This document shows, piece by piece, positions 45,666-55,565 of a stretch of 64,000 nt of DNA. Each line of letters starts with the position of its first letter. Position 1 is the first letter of the stretch. The notes beneath the pieces are model-generated. The model was not told the origin of the DNA. It was given only the letters and a program-made list of their open reading frames with translations, and made no database searches. The DNA comes from Nitrospinales bacterium. GTDB taxonomy: Bacteria; Nitrospinota; Nitrospinia; Nitrospinales; VA-1. The stretch covers positions 128,001 to 192,000 of the forward strand of contig CBDCXL010000002.1 in assembly GCA_965223795.1 (NCBI GenBank), read 5' to 3'. Made by a program: the position numbers and the translations under genes.

Positions 45666-46583
45666 TCACTCCAATGAAGATACGGTGGATTCCCGCTCGT
45701 AAAGCCGCCCCACCCTGCCCGACTCCAGATAGGAAACTTTCCAGTGATCGCAGCCGCCGCAGGTGGGGTCTTCGCCGCAACGGCCCTCCTGGTGCCGCGC
45801 CCGCACTTCCCGGTAAGGCGCTCCCTGCCAGACCTCGGCTATGCTCTGCTTGTTGATGTCTCCCAAAAATTCCTTGCGGTTCCAGTCGTGGTTGCACAGC
45901 GCCACCTGCCCGTCCCAGTACACCACCATCTCGGTCATGGGCTTTTTGCACGGCAGCCGTTGCGGAAATTCGCTGGCCTCTCCCTCCAGCTTTCCGTAAA
46001 CGCCGTCCTGCGAATGCTCGGTGTACACGCGCACCCGGTCCACCTTGTCCTTCCAGTATTCGACGAAGGCGTCCATATGGACTTTCGCGGCCTGGGTTTC
46101 CACGGCGGAGATCTGAACGCGCGGCAGTTCGCGGTTCATCTTTTGCTTGAGCTGTAAAAACCGCTCGACGTTCGTCCGCACCCGGTCGAGATCGAACCCG
46201 CGCACTTCCTGATAGGTGGCGGGGTCGTTGGAGTCGAGGCTGAACGAGAGAAAGTCGATCTCCAGCTCCAAAAGCTGGATCGCGATCTTTTCCGTGAGGA
46301 TGGTGGCGTTGGACGTCAACTGAATGGGAGCGATGCCCTTGTCCTTCGCGTAACGCAGCAATTCAAAAAATTTCTTGTGGATGAGCGACTCGCCGCGAAA
46401 AAACGGCACCATCGCCACGCCCGGATGCTGCGCCAGCTCGTCGGCGATCTTTTTAAACAGTTCGGAGGACATATATCCTCCCTCGCCGACTTCGTGTCTC
46501 GGACACATGACGCACGACAGATTGCAGATTGGCGTCAATTCAACTGTTACCCTTTCAGGAAATTTCAATGCAGAAAGCGTCAT
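45666..46583 (-). CDS. Radical SAM protein with SPASM/twitch domain
   Basis: CNLSCVMC; C-terminal PC...DGQVALC..D...C..C. Confidence 0.92.
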   Translation of the reverse strand: MTLSALKFPERVTVELTPICNLSCVMCPRHEVGEGGYMSSELFKKIADELAQHPGVAMVPFFRGESLIHKKFFELLRYAKDKGIAPIQLTSNATILTEKIAIQLLELEIDFLSFSLDSNDPATYQEVRGFDLDRVRTNVERFLQLKQKMNRELPRVQISAVETQAAKVHMDAFVEYWKDKVDRVRVYTEHSQDGVYGKLEGEASEFPQRLPCKKPMTEMVVYWDGQVALCNHDWNRKEFLGDINKQSIAEVWQGAPYREVRARHQEGRCGEDPTCGGCDHWKVSYLESGRVGRLYERESTVSSLE

Positions 46584-46888
46584 GAAACGGTCCCAAAAAC
46601 GTTTGATAAAATGGCTTATAAGTATTTGATCTTTAATATATTATAAAGGATCTGCCCGGTTTTCTCCATCCTTTAGTTCCGGGTGGCGAACTTTATATGA
46701 ATAAAGGTTTTTCCCGGATTTCAGGGCTTATTTTCACTGTAAATCTATCTAATCCCGCGCATCCCTTTTCCGATATTCAGGGCATGAAAACGCGCCCCGC
46801 TCTCCCCGGGACGGTCCTTTCGCAGCGGATCTGGATTACAATGGATCTTTGGGATTGCGCGACCGTCCAAAACACGAGGAACGCCGGA

Positions 46889-48271
46889 ATGTGGCAGATC
46901 GACGACAAAGCCCTGAAACCGCTGAACGTAGGGGTCCGCCTGGCGCGGGTACGGGGGCAGGTTTTCTATCTTGTAGGAGGAATCCTGCGCGACCGGCTGA
47001 TGGGCCGGCCGTGCTCAGACTTCGATTTCGCACTGCGCGACGCCGCGGCGATGTCACGGCAGTTTGCCAAAGCCGCCGGCGGCACGCGCGTGCCGCTGGA
47101 CACCACGCCGGGCCGTGAGACCTTCCGCGTCGTGCTCGACAAGACTCTGACCTTCGACTTCAGCGAGCTTTGCGGCAGCACCATCGAGGAGGATCTGGCC
47201 GCGCGGGACTTCACCATCAACGCGATGGCGATGCCCCTGAACGATTTTTTGCAGGGTAAGGACACTGTGCTCGATCCGCACGGCGGGAAGGAGGACATCC
47301 GCAGCGGGAGAGTGCGCATGGTGGCCGATTCCGCGTTCAAGTCCGACCCTTTGCGCCTGCTGCGCGCCTTCCGGTTCGCCATGCAGCTGGATTTCAAGAT
47401 CGAGGCGGACACGATCGACCGCATCGCCCGGGACCGGGAAGCGATTGGAACCGTCGCACCGGAACGGATCTGGCAGGAATGGAAGCTGTTCTTATATGAA
47501 GGGCGGGTGTTCTGCCTGCTGCGGCTGATGGACAAGACCGGACTGCTCGCGGAGCTGCTGCCGGAGCTGGAACCGCTGCGCGGCTTTCACGCCGATGCGC
47601 TGGACGCCCGGGAGACCGGGCTGCGGGCGATCAAGGAACTGCAGAACGTGCTGTTTCCGGAGGGCAAAAAAATCTCGGAGTTCCCCTCTCCGGTTCTGGA
47701 TAGGGAGCACAAGGCGCTTCTGCTCCTGGGTGCGCTGCTGAGCGGATTGCAACCCGCTCGCTCCATTTTTAAAACGCCGGCTGTGCCCCCAAACGCGGTC
47801 CCGGATCTGCTCAAGCGGCTGCGGGCGAGCAACGCGGAGAGCGCCTGGATCGACCGCTCGCTGGGCTGCTGCCGCGAATTCTGCGACGCGCTCACGGATT
47901 TCGCCGCCCCCCGTCCCGACCGCACCCGCCTGTACCGCTTCGTCAAGCGCTGGGAAAACGAACTGGAAGGCGGACTTGCGATCGCGTGGGCGATCGTGTC
48001 GACTCTGCCGCAAACCGGCTCGATTTCAAAGGAGGCTTGCCTTCAAGCCGCGCGCACGGTAAAAGACTTTTTCCATGAAGATTATCTGCCCGCAATTCGC
48101 AAGGAACCGCTGCTCAAGGGAAAGGATTTGATCGAGCGGTTCGAGCTGACGCCCTCGCCGTTGTTTTCGGACATTCTCGAGCGCGTTGAAGAGGAACGGG
48201 TGCTGGGGACCATCCGCACCGTCGAGGAAGCGGAACGCACCGCCCGCAAATGGATCGAAAACCAAGGCTGA
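46889..48271 (+). CDS. tRNA nucleotidyltransferase / poly(A) polymerase family
   Basis: LVGGILRD...DFD, RDFTINAMA, DPLRLLRAFRF and ERIWQE; GAGGA RBS before ATG 46889. Confidence 0.9.
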   Translation: MWQIDDKALKPLNVGVRLARVRGQVFYLVGGILRDRLMGRPCSDFDFALRDAAAMSRQFAKAAGGTRVPLDTTPGRETFRVVLDKTLTFDFSELCGSTIEEDLAARDFTINAMAMPLNDFLQGKDTVLDPHGGKEDIRSGRVRMVADSAFKSDPLRLLRAFRFAMQLDFKIEADTIDRIARDREAIGTVAPERIWQEWKLFLYEGRVFCLLRLMDKTGLLAELLPELEPLRGFHADALDARETGLRAIKELQNVLFPEGKKISEFPSPVLDREHKALLLLGALLSGLQPARSIFKTPAVPPNAVPDLLKRLRASNAESAWIDRSLGCCREFCDALTDFAAPRPDRTRLYRFVKRWENELEGGLAIAWAIVSTLPQTGSISKEACLQAARTVKDFFHEDYLPAIRKEPLLKGKDLIERFELTPSPLFSDILERVEEERVLGTIRTVEEAERTARKWIENQG

Positions 48272-48278
48272 GGCTCTC

Positions 48279-48932
48279 ATGACCATCAATTACACCAACG
48301 CCGAATGGGACGGGAAAAAAGTTCTCATCGGCGAGACCGAACTGGACACCGCGCACCCCGTGAACCTCCTGCTCGGATTCCACGGCGCCGACTCGACACC
48401 GGAAAACATGCTCATCCACGGCAACAAGCTCAAGCTGACGAACACGGTCTACGTGTTTCCGGAGGGTCCGGTGGATGCGGGCAAAGGGCTTTGGAGCTGG
48501 TGGGAAGACGGGCCCAAACAAAAGGAAGCGGTGACGCGCTTCGCGGATTACGCGACCCGGATGATCGACGCCGCGCACGCGAATCTTAAGGACAGACTCA
48601 ACGGGAACCCCGTCCGCATCGGTCTCTGGGGATTTTCCCAGGGCGGCGCGGCGGCGCTCACCTACACGCTTATCGGAAGCCACGCGATCCATAAGGCGGC
48701 GTCGGTGTGCGGTTTCTTACCGGAAATGCCGGATGCGCTGCCGGAGCGGCCCGCCGCGGACATCCTCGGCATCTTCGGCACCGCCGACGACATCGTGCCC
48801 TCGTTTCTCGCCGAGCACGCGCTCGATGAAATGAGCGCCAAGGGCCACAAGGTCAAGGTTCGGGAAACCGGCCAGGGGCATGAGATCAATACAGAAAACC
48901 TGCGCGAGCTGAATCGTTTTTTCGGGACGTAG
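48279..48932 (+). CDS. Alpha/beta hydrolase (phospholipase/carboxylesterase)
   Basis: FHG, GFSQGG, DDIVP and GHEI catalytic-triad pattern. Confidence 0.88.
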   Translation: MTINYTNAEWDGKKVLIGETELDTAHPVNLLLGFHGADSTPENMLIHGNKLKLTNTVYVFPEGPVDAGKGLWSWWEDGPKQKEAVTRFADYATRMIDAAHANLKDRLNGNPVRIGLWGFSQGGAAALTYTLIGSHAIHKAASVCGFLPEMPDALPERPAADILGIFGTADDIVPSFLAEHALDEMSAKGHKVKVRETGQGHEINTENLRELNRFFGT

Positions 48933-49626
48933 GCTCCGGGGGCGTTTCGCAACAGGATTTCAATTTCGGGTGAGCGTGGATGTGCCTGTCGAGCGCGTTC
49001 CACAACTCCAGCCCGTGGCGGCTCGTGAGCAGCTCTTCGCGGTGCTCGCGGATCAGGTTTTGAAAGTCCTTGCGGTGGTTTCCGTGGATGGCGAAGCTGT
49101 CCGCCAGGGCTTCCAGATGCTCTCCCTTACCGGCGGCGACCTGGGCGCGCAGGGTGTCGAAGTTGAACGCCGCAAACCTGCGCGAAGCCAGCCGCTTGCG
49201 GATCGTGGTTTCATCGGCTTTCTTTTCCGGCAGCATTTCGATCTGATAATCGTTCGGCGTGAATTTGATGAGATTGCCGGACAGCGCGTTCACCCCCATC
49301 GGCGTCAGCGTGGTCGCGGTGCCGGTGATGTCCAGCCACATTCCGGCGTTGTTGTTGAATTCGTGCGCGAGGTTGAACTCCTGCGTTTCGTAGCCTTGCT
49401 TGACGAACTTGAGATGGTATTCCCCCAGCTTGCGATTGAAGTCGCGCGTCAGCGGCGTTTCTCCCACGAAGCTGCCGTCCACGAACACGCGCACCGGGTT
49501 CACGTTGGCGTTGAACGTGATGGTGTCTTTCCCCTCTGAAAAAATCGTGGCGCATCCAGACAGCCCAATGCCGATGCCGATCAGGACACCCCACAATGCC
49601 GGATGGAATCCGCGCTCCATTCTCAT
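48886..49626 (-). CDS. PEGA-domain lipoprotein
   Basis: Lipobox LSGC; VFVDGSFVGETPL and KQGYE. Confidence 0.78.
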   Translation of the reverse strand: MRMERGFHPALWGVLIGIGIGLSGCATIFSEGKDTITFNANVNPVRVFVDGSFVGETPLTRDFNRKLGEYHLKFVKQGYETQEFNLAHEFNNNAGMWLDITGTATTLTPMGVNALSGNLIKFTPNDYQIEMLPEKKADETTIRKRLASRRFAAFNFDTLRAQVAAGKGEHLEALADSFAIHGNHRKDFQNLIREHREELLTSRHGLELWNALDRHIHAHPKLKSCCETPPEPTSRKNDSARAGFLY

Positions 49627-49749
49627 TGCCTCCTCCTGAAAGTTTCACTGAGATCGAAAATCATCCCACATCATTTTAACACTTTTATGTAAATTTGTTA
49701 AAATTTAAACACACTTTTTCACCTGTTTTTGAGTGTCTGGCGGCTGGGG

Positions 49750-50055
49750 TCAGAGCTTCCTGCCCCTGCTAAGGAACCATCCGACGCCTTTGAAGAAGAC
49801 AAACCAGGCGAACCACCAGACCACGCCGCTGGCAAGCAGCGCGGCGTTGTTCGTGATGCGAAACCCGCCGAAAGGCACGCTGTAAAACCGGCCTTCGCCG
49901 ACGATGTCGGCCGCCAGCATGCTGGCGATCATGTAGCTCACGACACCCACGGGCAGCGACGCGACCGCGGCTGCCAGCGTGGACGCGGGAGACAGGAAGG
50001 TCCACACCAGACCGGCGACGAGAAAAAACAGCAGGACGCCTGCGATCGTGCTCAT
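49750..50055 (-). CDS. Small membrane protein (~3 TM)
   Basis: GGAGG RBS; hydrophobic helices. Confidence 0.6.
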   Translation of the reverse strand: MSTIAGVLLFFLVAGLVWTFLSPASTLAAAVASLPVGVVSYMIASMLAADIVGEGRFYSVPFGGFRITNNAALLASGVVWWFAWFVFFKGVGWFLSRGRKL

Positions 50056-50213
50056 GTTCGTTTCCTCCAAATAAAAATTTACGCTCTCTTCTTATTAATG
50101 AACCCGGTCCCGGAATACAATCCGTTTTCCTGAACAATCCACACTGAATCCGTTGCAACCGGCAATTCCGATCTTCGGTTCCCGCCCCATCCGCGGACGG
50201 CTCTCTTTCTCCG

Positions 50214-50241
50214 TTGACACGGCACCGGCATCTGCTATGAT
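50214..50241 (+). promoter_or_regulatory. Sigma-70 promoter of the cobalamin operon
   Basis: TTGACA-16nt-TATGAT with extended -10 TG, just upstream of the riboswitch. Confidence 0.7.
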
Positions 50242-50256
50242 TGGGCCACATTTTAT

Positions 50257-50413
50257 TGTGACGCGTTTGATTGAGGGAAGACGGTGCAAATCCGTCGCGG
50301 ACCCGCCGCTGTAACCGGGGACGAACTCTGTGAATGCCACTGTTCGATGAAGAACGGGAAGGCGCAGAGGGTAGACCGATCCGGAAGCCAGAATACCTTG
50401 GGCGCGTTTTCAC
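50257..50413 (+). ncRNA. Cobalamin riboswitch 1
   Basis: GGGAA.ACGGTGCAAATCCGT..CCCGCCGCTGT..GCCACTG..GGGAAGGC..AGCCAGAATACC, upstream of btuF. Confidence 0.93.
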
Positions 50414-50518
50414 TGACTCTTCGAGGCTGAGGGGGGTGATGGGCTGTATTCGTGCCGCCATTCCCTTTGGAATGGCTTTTTTATTACCCCTCTTCTCTCG
50501 GGATGCGAGGTCATCCTG

Positions 50519-51487
50519 ATGGAAGTTCCAACGACGGTTTCAATCTGCCTGCGTGCATTGCGGACGGCGTTCCGTTCCCGCCGCTTCGCGCCGATCGCAT
50601 TTCGCACCGCACTCCTCTGCCTGCTGCTGGCCGTTTCGGCCTCACCCGCCCATTCGGACGAACCCAAACGCATTCTTTCGATGTCTCCGGGAATCACCGA
50701 GACCCTGTTCGCGCTGGGCGCGGGAGACCGCGTTGTCGGCGTCACCGATTTCTGCAAGTATCCCGAGGAAGCCTGCACCCGTCCTTCGGTGGGCGGGCTT
50801 TTGAATCCCAACGTGGAGATCTGGATCCGCCTGCGTCCGGATCTCATCGTGCACCAGATCAAAAGCACCAAAATCGAGACCAACGCGCGCAACCTGGGAA
50901 TCGAAACCCTGGTCATCCCGCAGGGCACCCTGAAAGATATTTTCAAGGGCATTCAGACCATGGGCGACGCGCTGAACCTGAGTGAGAATGCGCGCCGCCT
51001 CGTCGGGAAACTGAAAGCCGACATTGATTTTCACCGTGAAAAGCTCAAGGGCGTGCGAAAAAAATCGGTGCTGTTCATCCTGGGCGACAGCGACGATCCC
51101 GGCCGCGACCTCTACGCCGTCGGTGGCGGCACGTTTCTCGGCGAGATCCTCGAACTCGCGGGCGGCGCCAACATCCTGCCCGATCCGCTGGCCAAGTACC
51201 CGCGCGTCTCGAAAGAGTTCATCATCGAAACGTCGCCCGAGGTCATCCTCGTCGCCGGGCCGAAAGCCGACCTCAGCGGGAAGGAACTGCAGCAGAATCT
51301 CGATCAGTGGCGGCAGTTTCCCACCATCCAGGCGGTGCGGGACGGCAACATCTTCTACATCGGCGCGGACTACATCCTGATCCCCGGACCGCGGCTGGTC
51401 AACATCCTGGCCCGGTTCGCGCGCGCGATCCATCCCGAACTGTTCACGGATGGGGCCGCATCGAACCCGGATGGAGGCCAGCGATGA
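50519..51487 (+). CDS. btuF: Cobalamin ABC transporter substrate-binding protein
   Basis: RILSMSPGITETLFALG..VVGVTDFC.YP and PGPRL; located under a B12 riboswitch; start uncertain. Confidence 0.85.
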   Translation: MEVPTTVSICLRALRTAFRSRRFAPIAFRTALLCLLLAVSASPAHSDEPKRILSMSPGITETLFALGAGDRVVGVTDFCKYPEEACTRPSVGGLLNPNVEIWIRLRPDLIVHQIKSTKIETNARNLGIETLVIPQGTLKDIFKGIQTMGDALNLSENARRLVGKLKADIDFHREKLKGVRKKSVLFILGDSDDPGRDLYAVGGGTFLGEILELAGGANILPDPLAKYPRVSKEFIIETSPEVILVAGPKADLSGKELQQNLDQWRQFPTIQAVRDGNIFYIGADYILIPGPRLVNILARFARAIHPELFTDGAASNPDGGQR

Positions 51488-52263
51488 GCGCGGAACTGCT
51501 GCAAATGGAGGATGCGGTGTTCGTCTACGACCAGGAACCGGTGCTCAAACAGGTGTCGCTCAGCATCCGCGAGGGCGACTTCATTGCCGTGGTCGGGCCG
51601 AACGGTTCGGGCAAATCCACGCTGCTGAAATTATTGGGCGGGATCCTCAAAACCCGCTCGGGGTCGGTGCGCTTTCGCGGCCGGGATATGAAGGAGCTCA
51701 AACGCAAAACACTGGCGCGCTCGCTGGCGTGGATTCCGCAGGAACACGCGATGGCGTTCGATTTCAAGGTGTCGGAGATCGTGATGATGGGGCGGCACCC
51801 TTACCTTTCCGCTTTCAGCTTCGAGAGCAGCGACGACCTGCGCATCGTGCACGAGGCGATGCGGCTGACCGACACGGATGCGTTTCACGACCGCGGCTTC
51901 AACGCCATCAGCGGCGGCGAGAAACAGCGCGTGATGCTGGCCAGCGCCATCGCGCAGGAGCCTGAGGTGATGCTGCTGGACGAGCCGACCTCCGCGCTGG
52001 ATATCAAGTACCAGGTGCAGATCCTCAACATCCTCGAACGGCTGAACCGCGAGCGGTCGATGACGGTGGTGCTGGCGATGCACGATCTGCAGATGGCGTC
52101 GCGCTACTGCAAGAAGCTGGTGCTGCTGCACGCGGGTGAAGTGATGCGCGAAGGCACGCCCGAAGAGGTGCTGCAGAAAGACATTCTCGAAAACGCCTAC
52201 GAGGTCAAGGTGAAACTGTTCCGCGACCCGGACGACGGCCGCTTTCTGGTGTTTCCGCAATGA
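51484..52263 (+). CDS. btuD: Cobalamin/Fe-siderophore-type ABC ATPase
   Basis: GPNGSGKST, ISGGEKQR, LLDEPT and MHDL. Confidence 0.85.
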   Translation: MSAELLQMEDAVFVYDQEPVLKQVSLSIREGDFIAVVGPNGSGKSTLLKLLGGILKTRSGSVRFRGRDMKELKRKTLARSLAWIPQEHAMAFDFKVSEIVMMGRHPYLSAFSFESSDDLRIVHEAMRLTDTDAFHDRGFNAISGGEKQRVMLASAIAQEPEVMLLDEPTSALDIKYQVQILNILERLNRERSMTVVLAMHDLQMASRYCKKLVLLHAGEVMREGTPEEVLQKDILENAYEVKVKLFRDPDDGRFLVFPQ

Positions 52264-53288
52264 AGACGCCCCCCTTGCCCAACACAACGCTGCACCCCAG
52301 ACGCTACGCCGTCCTGATCGCGCTGTTCTTCCTGTTGTTCGTGGCGACGCTGGCGGTGACGCCGCTGATCGGCTCCACGTCCATCGATCTCGGCAAGGCC
52401 TTGTCGCGCGACATTCCGTTTGAAGACAACGTGGACGCCAACATCCTGTTCCTGGCGCGCCTGCCGCGGATTTTTCTGGGCGCGGTGACCGGCGCGGCGC
52501 TGTCCGTGGCCGGGGCGGTGTTCCAGGCACTCTTGCGCAACGATCTGGCGGCGCCGTTCACGCTGGGCGTTTCCAGCGGCGCGGCACTGGGGGCGGTGAT
52601 CGCCATCACGCTGGGACTGGAAGGCCACTTTCTCGGATTTTCATTGCTGCCGGTGACGGCGTTTCTCGGCGCTCTGGGCGCGATCTTCCTGGTGTTCGGG
52701 CTGGCCAAAAGCCGCGGGCGGGAGTTTTCCACTTCCACGCTGCTGCTCGCGGGGGTGACGGCGAATTTCTTTTTCGCGGCTCTCGTGATGTTCATCCATT
52801 ACCTGGCCGATTTCACGCAGTCGTTTCTCATCATCCGCTGGCTGATGGGCGGCCTCGACATCACCAGCTACCAGACGGTGGGCTCGATCCTGCCGCCGGT
52901 GCTATTGGGCATCGCGGTGCTGATTTATCTCGCCCGCAGCATGAACCTGATCAGCGCCGGCGACCAATCGGCGGCGAGCCGCGGCGTCGAGGTGTCGCGC
53001 ACGCAGATCGTCTGCTTCGTCACCGCGTCGCTGATCACCGGATCGGTGGTGGCGATCAGCGGGCCGATCGGGTTCGTGGGGCTGATCGTGCCACACATCG
53101 TGCGCCTTCTGGTCGGACCGGATCTCAGGCTGTTGATCCCGGCGTCGATGTTCTTCGGCGCGAGTTTTCTCATCCTGTGCGACACGGTGGCGCGCACGCT
53201 GCTGGCGCCGACGGAGATCCCGGTGGGCATCATCACGGCGCTGATCGGCGGCCCGTTCTTCGTTTGGCTGCTCAAACGCCAGCGTTGA
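52260..53288 (+). CDS. btuC: Cobalamin ABC transporter permease (FecCD/BtuC)
   Basis: RLPR, FQALLRNDLAAPFTLGVSSGA and GPIGFVGLIVPH. Confidence 0.88.
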   Translation: MKTPPLPNTTLHPRRYAVLIALFFLLFVATLAVTPLIGSTSIDLGKALSRDIPFEDNVDANILFLARLPRIFLGAVTGAALSVAGAVFQALLRNDLAAPFTLGVSSGAALGAVIAITLGLEGHFLGFSLLPVTAFLGALGAIFLVFGLAKSRGREFSTSTLLLAGVTANFFFAALVMFIHYLADFTQSFLIIRWLMGGLDITSYQTVGSILPPVLLGIAVLIYLARSMNLISAGDQSAASRGVEVSRTQIVCFVTASLITGSVVAISGPIGFVGLIVPHIVRLLVGPDLRLLIPASMFFGASFLILCDTVARTLLAPTEIPVGIITALIGGPFFVWLLKRQR

Positions 53289-53298
53289 GGAAAACGAT

Positions 53299-54807
53299 AT
53301 GGCGGCAAAAGCACTCATGATTCAGGGAACCGGTTCCGGCGTCGGCAAGAGCATCCTCACGGCGGGGCTGTGCCGCTACTTCCACAAGCAGGGCATGAAG
53401 GTCGCGCCGTTCAAGGCACAGAACATGTCGCTCAATTCTTTCGTCTGCGAAGACGGCGGCGAGCTGGGGCGCGCGCAGGCGTATCAGGCGGAAGCCTGCG
53501 GGCTGAAGCCGCAGGTTGAGATGAACCCCATCCTGCTCAAGCCGACGGCCGACAACCGCTCGCAGGTTATCGTCATGGGAAGCGTGACGGAGAACCGCGA
53601 CGCCAAGGATTACTACGCCCGGCACCGCGAGCACCGTGAAATCGTGCGGCGGGCGTATGACGAGTTGCGCGGCCGCTTCGAGCTGATCGTGCTGGAAGGG
53701 GCCGGAAGCCCGGCGGAAATCAACCTCAGGCAATGGGATCTGGTCAACATGGCGATGGCGGAATACGCGCAGGCGCCGGTGCTCATCGTGGGGGACATCG
53801 ACAAAGGCGGCGTGTTCGCCTGGATGAAAGGCACGCTCGATCTTCTGACACCAAAAGAGCAGGACCGCGTCGCCGGATTTCTCGTCAACAAATTCCGCGG
53901 CGATCTCGAACTGCTCAAGCCGGGGCTTACCCAGTTCGAGTCGCTGACGGGAAAACCCATTCTCGGCGTGTTGCCCTTCGTGCGCGACCTGCTGATCGAC
54001 GAGGAGGACGCGATCCCCGCCTGGCAGCACAGGGCGGCGGCGAACGGCGTGCCGCATCTCGATGTGGCGGTGATCTGGTACCCGCGCATTTCCAATTTCA
54101 CCGACCTTTCGCCGCTGGCGGCGGACCCCAACGTGTCGCTGCGCTACGTGGCGCAGGCGAACCGGCTGGGGAACCCGGACTGCATCGTGCTCCCGGGCAG
54201 CAAGAACACGCTGGACGACCTCGCCTATCTAGTGGACCAGGGGCTGGACCGCGCCATCGTGCGCGCGGCCGAATCGGGAACGTCTGTGCTGGGAATCTGC
54301 GGTGGATTTCAGATGATGGGCAGGCAGGTCCACGACCCGCACGGCGTGGAAAGCGCGCGCGGAGAGATGAAAGGACTGGGTCTGTTCGACTGCGTCACCA
54401 CGCTGCGGCGTGACAAGACCACGCGCCCGGTGACGCGGACTGCGGTTGCGAATCCGGTGCTGCCGGAAGGCGTGCGGCTTACGGGTTATGAGATCCATAT
54501 GGGGGAGACGGTGTTCGGCACGGACTCCCCTGCCCTCTTCAATCCGGTCGACGGCGAAGACCCGCGCCCGCTGGGCGTCACGGACGTGGATGGCGCGCGA
54601 GTCGGAACCTACGCACACGGTTTTCTGGATGACGACGGGCTGCGCAACGCCTATCTCGCGGGAGTGCGCCGGCGGCGCGGTCTTGCGGAGCCCCAAACGC
54701 CCTTCGACTACCGCGCGTTTCGGGAAGAACAGCTCGACAGGCTGGCGCGGCTGGTCGAGGAATCCATCGACATGGAGCGGTTGCATGCGATCGTGTTCGA
54801 AAAATGA
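53299..54807 (+). CDS. cobQ: Cobyric acid synthase
   Basis: QGTGSGVGKS, PFKAQNMS, EGAGSPAEINL, GICGGFQM and GYEIH. Confidence 0.96.
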   Translation: MAAKALMIQGTGSGVGKSILTAGLCRYFHKQGMKVAPFKAQNMSLNSFVCEDGGELGRAQAYQAEACGLKPQVEMNPILLKPTADNRSQVIVMGSVTENRDAKDYYARHREHREIVRRAYDELRGRFELIVLEGAGSPAEINLRQWDLVNMAMAEYAQAPVLIVGDIDKGGVFAWMKGTLDLLTPKEQDRVAGFLVNKFRGDLELLKPGLTQFESLTGKPILGVLPFVRDLLIDEEDAIPAWQHRAAANGVPHLDVAVIWYPRISNFTDLSPLAADPNVSLRYVAQANRLGNPDCIVLPGSKNTLDDLAYLVDQGLDRAIVRAAESGTSVLGICGGFQMMGRQVHDPHGVESARGEMKGLGLFDCVTTLRRDKTTRPVTRTAVANPVLPEGVRLTGYEIHMGETVFGTDSPALFNPVDGEDPRPLGVTDVDGARVGTYAHGFLDDDGLRNAYLAGVRRRRGLAEPQTPFDYRAFREEQLDRLARLVEESIDMERLHAIVFEK

Positions 54808-55538
54808 AAAGCTTTTTTTCCGCGCTCGGTTTTCTGACCGTGCTGCCTGTTCCGCGCGTGGAACCCGGTGGCAGGCCGGTTCTGTATTTCCCGGCCGTGG
54901 GCCTTCTGATCGGCGTCCTGTTCTGGGGCGTGGACGCGCTGGGTGCGCGCTATGCGCCTGCGGAAGTACGGGCGCTGTGCGACGTTGTCTTTCTGGCCGT
55001 GATTTCCGGGGCGCTGCACCTGGACGGTCTGGCCGACAGCGCCGACGGTCTGTTTTCCCACAGGAATCGCGAGGAGGTGCTGCGCATCATGAAGGATCCG
55101 CACGTCGGCGTCATGGGCATGCTCGCGGTGCTGTTCTGCCTGGGGCTCAAATGGACAGCGCTCGTGAATCTCAACGCGCCGCATCCCGTCTGGCTGGTGG
55201 CTGCGCCGGCGCTGGCGCGTTCGGCGCAGGCCGTCGCGCTGGTGAGTCTGGATTACGCAGGCAAGACGGATTCGCATTCGCAGCCCTGGTTTCAGAAAAA
55301 ACGTTATTCCCTGCTGACCGGCATCGCGGTTCCAGTGGCACTGCCGTTTGCGACCGGCATGGCGGCGGGATTCACGACGCTGGCCGGCTTCGTGCTCGTC
55401 ACGACGTTGCTGCTTTTTTATTTTCACCGGCGGCTGGGCGGCATGACCGGAGACACGGTGGGAGCCCTGTCGGAGTGCGTGGAGACGGCGGTCCTCGTGC
55501 TTGCGGCCTGCGTCACGTTCAATGGGGCCGGTGCGTGA
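54804..55538 (+). CDS. cobS: Adenosylcobinamide-GDP ribazoletransferase
   Basis: GALHLDGLADSADG, IMKDPHVG and GGMTGDTVGA. Confidence 0.95.
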   Translation: MKSFFSALGFLTVLPVPRVEPGGRPVLYFPAVGLLIGVLFWGVDALGARYAPAEVRALCDVVFLAVISGALHLDGLADSADGLFSHRNREEVLRIMKDPHVGVMGMLAVLFCLGLKWTALVNLNAPHPVWLVAAPALARSAQAVALVSLDYAGKTDSHSQPWFQKKRYSLLTGIAVPVALPFATGMAAGFTTLAGFVLVTTLLLFYFHRRLGGMTGDTVGALSECVETAVLVLAACVTFNGAGA

Positions 55539-55565
55539 ATATATCCATAAAACTTCAGGTGAATC

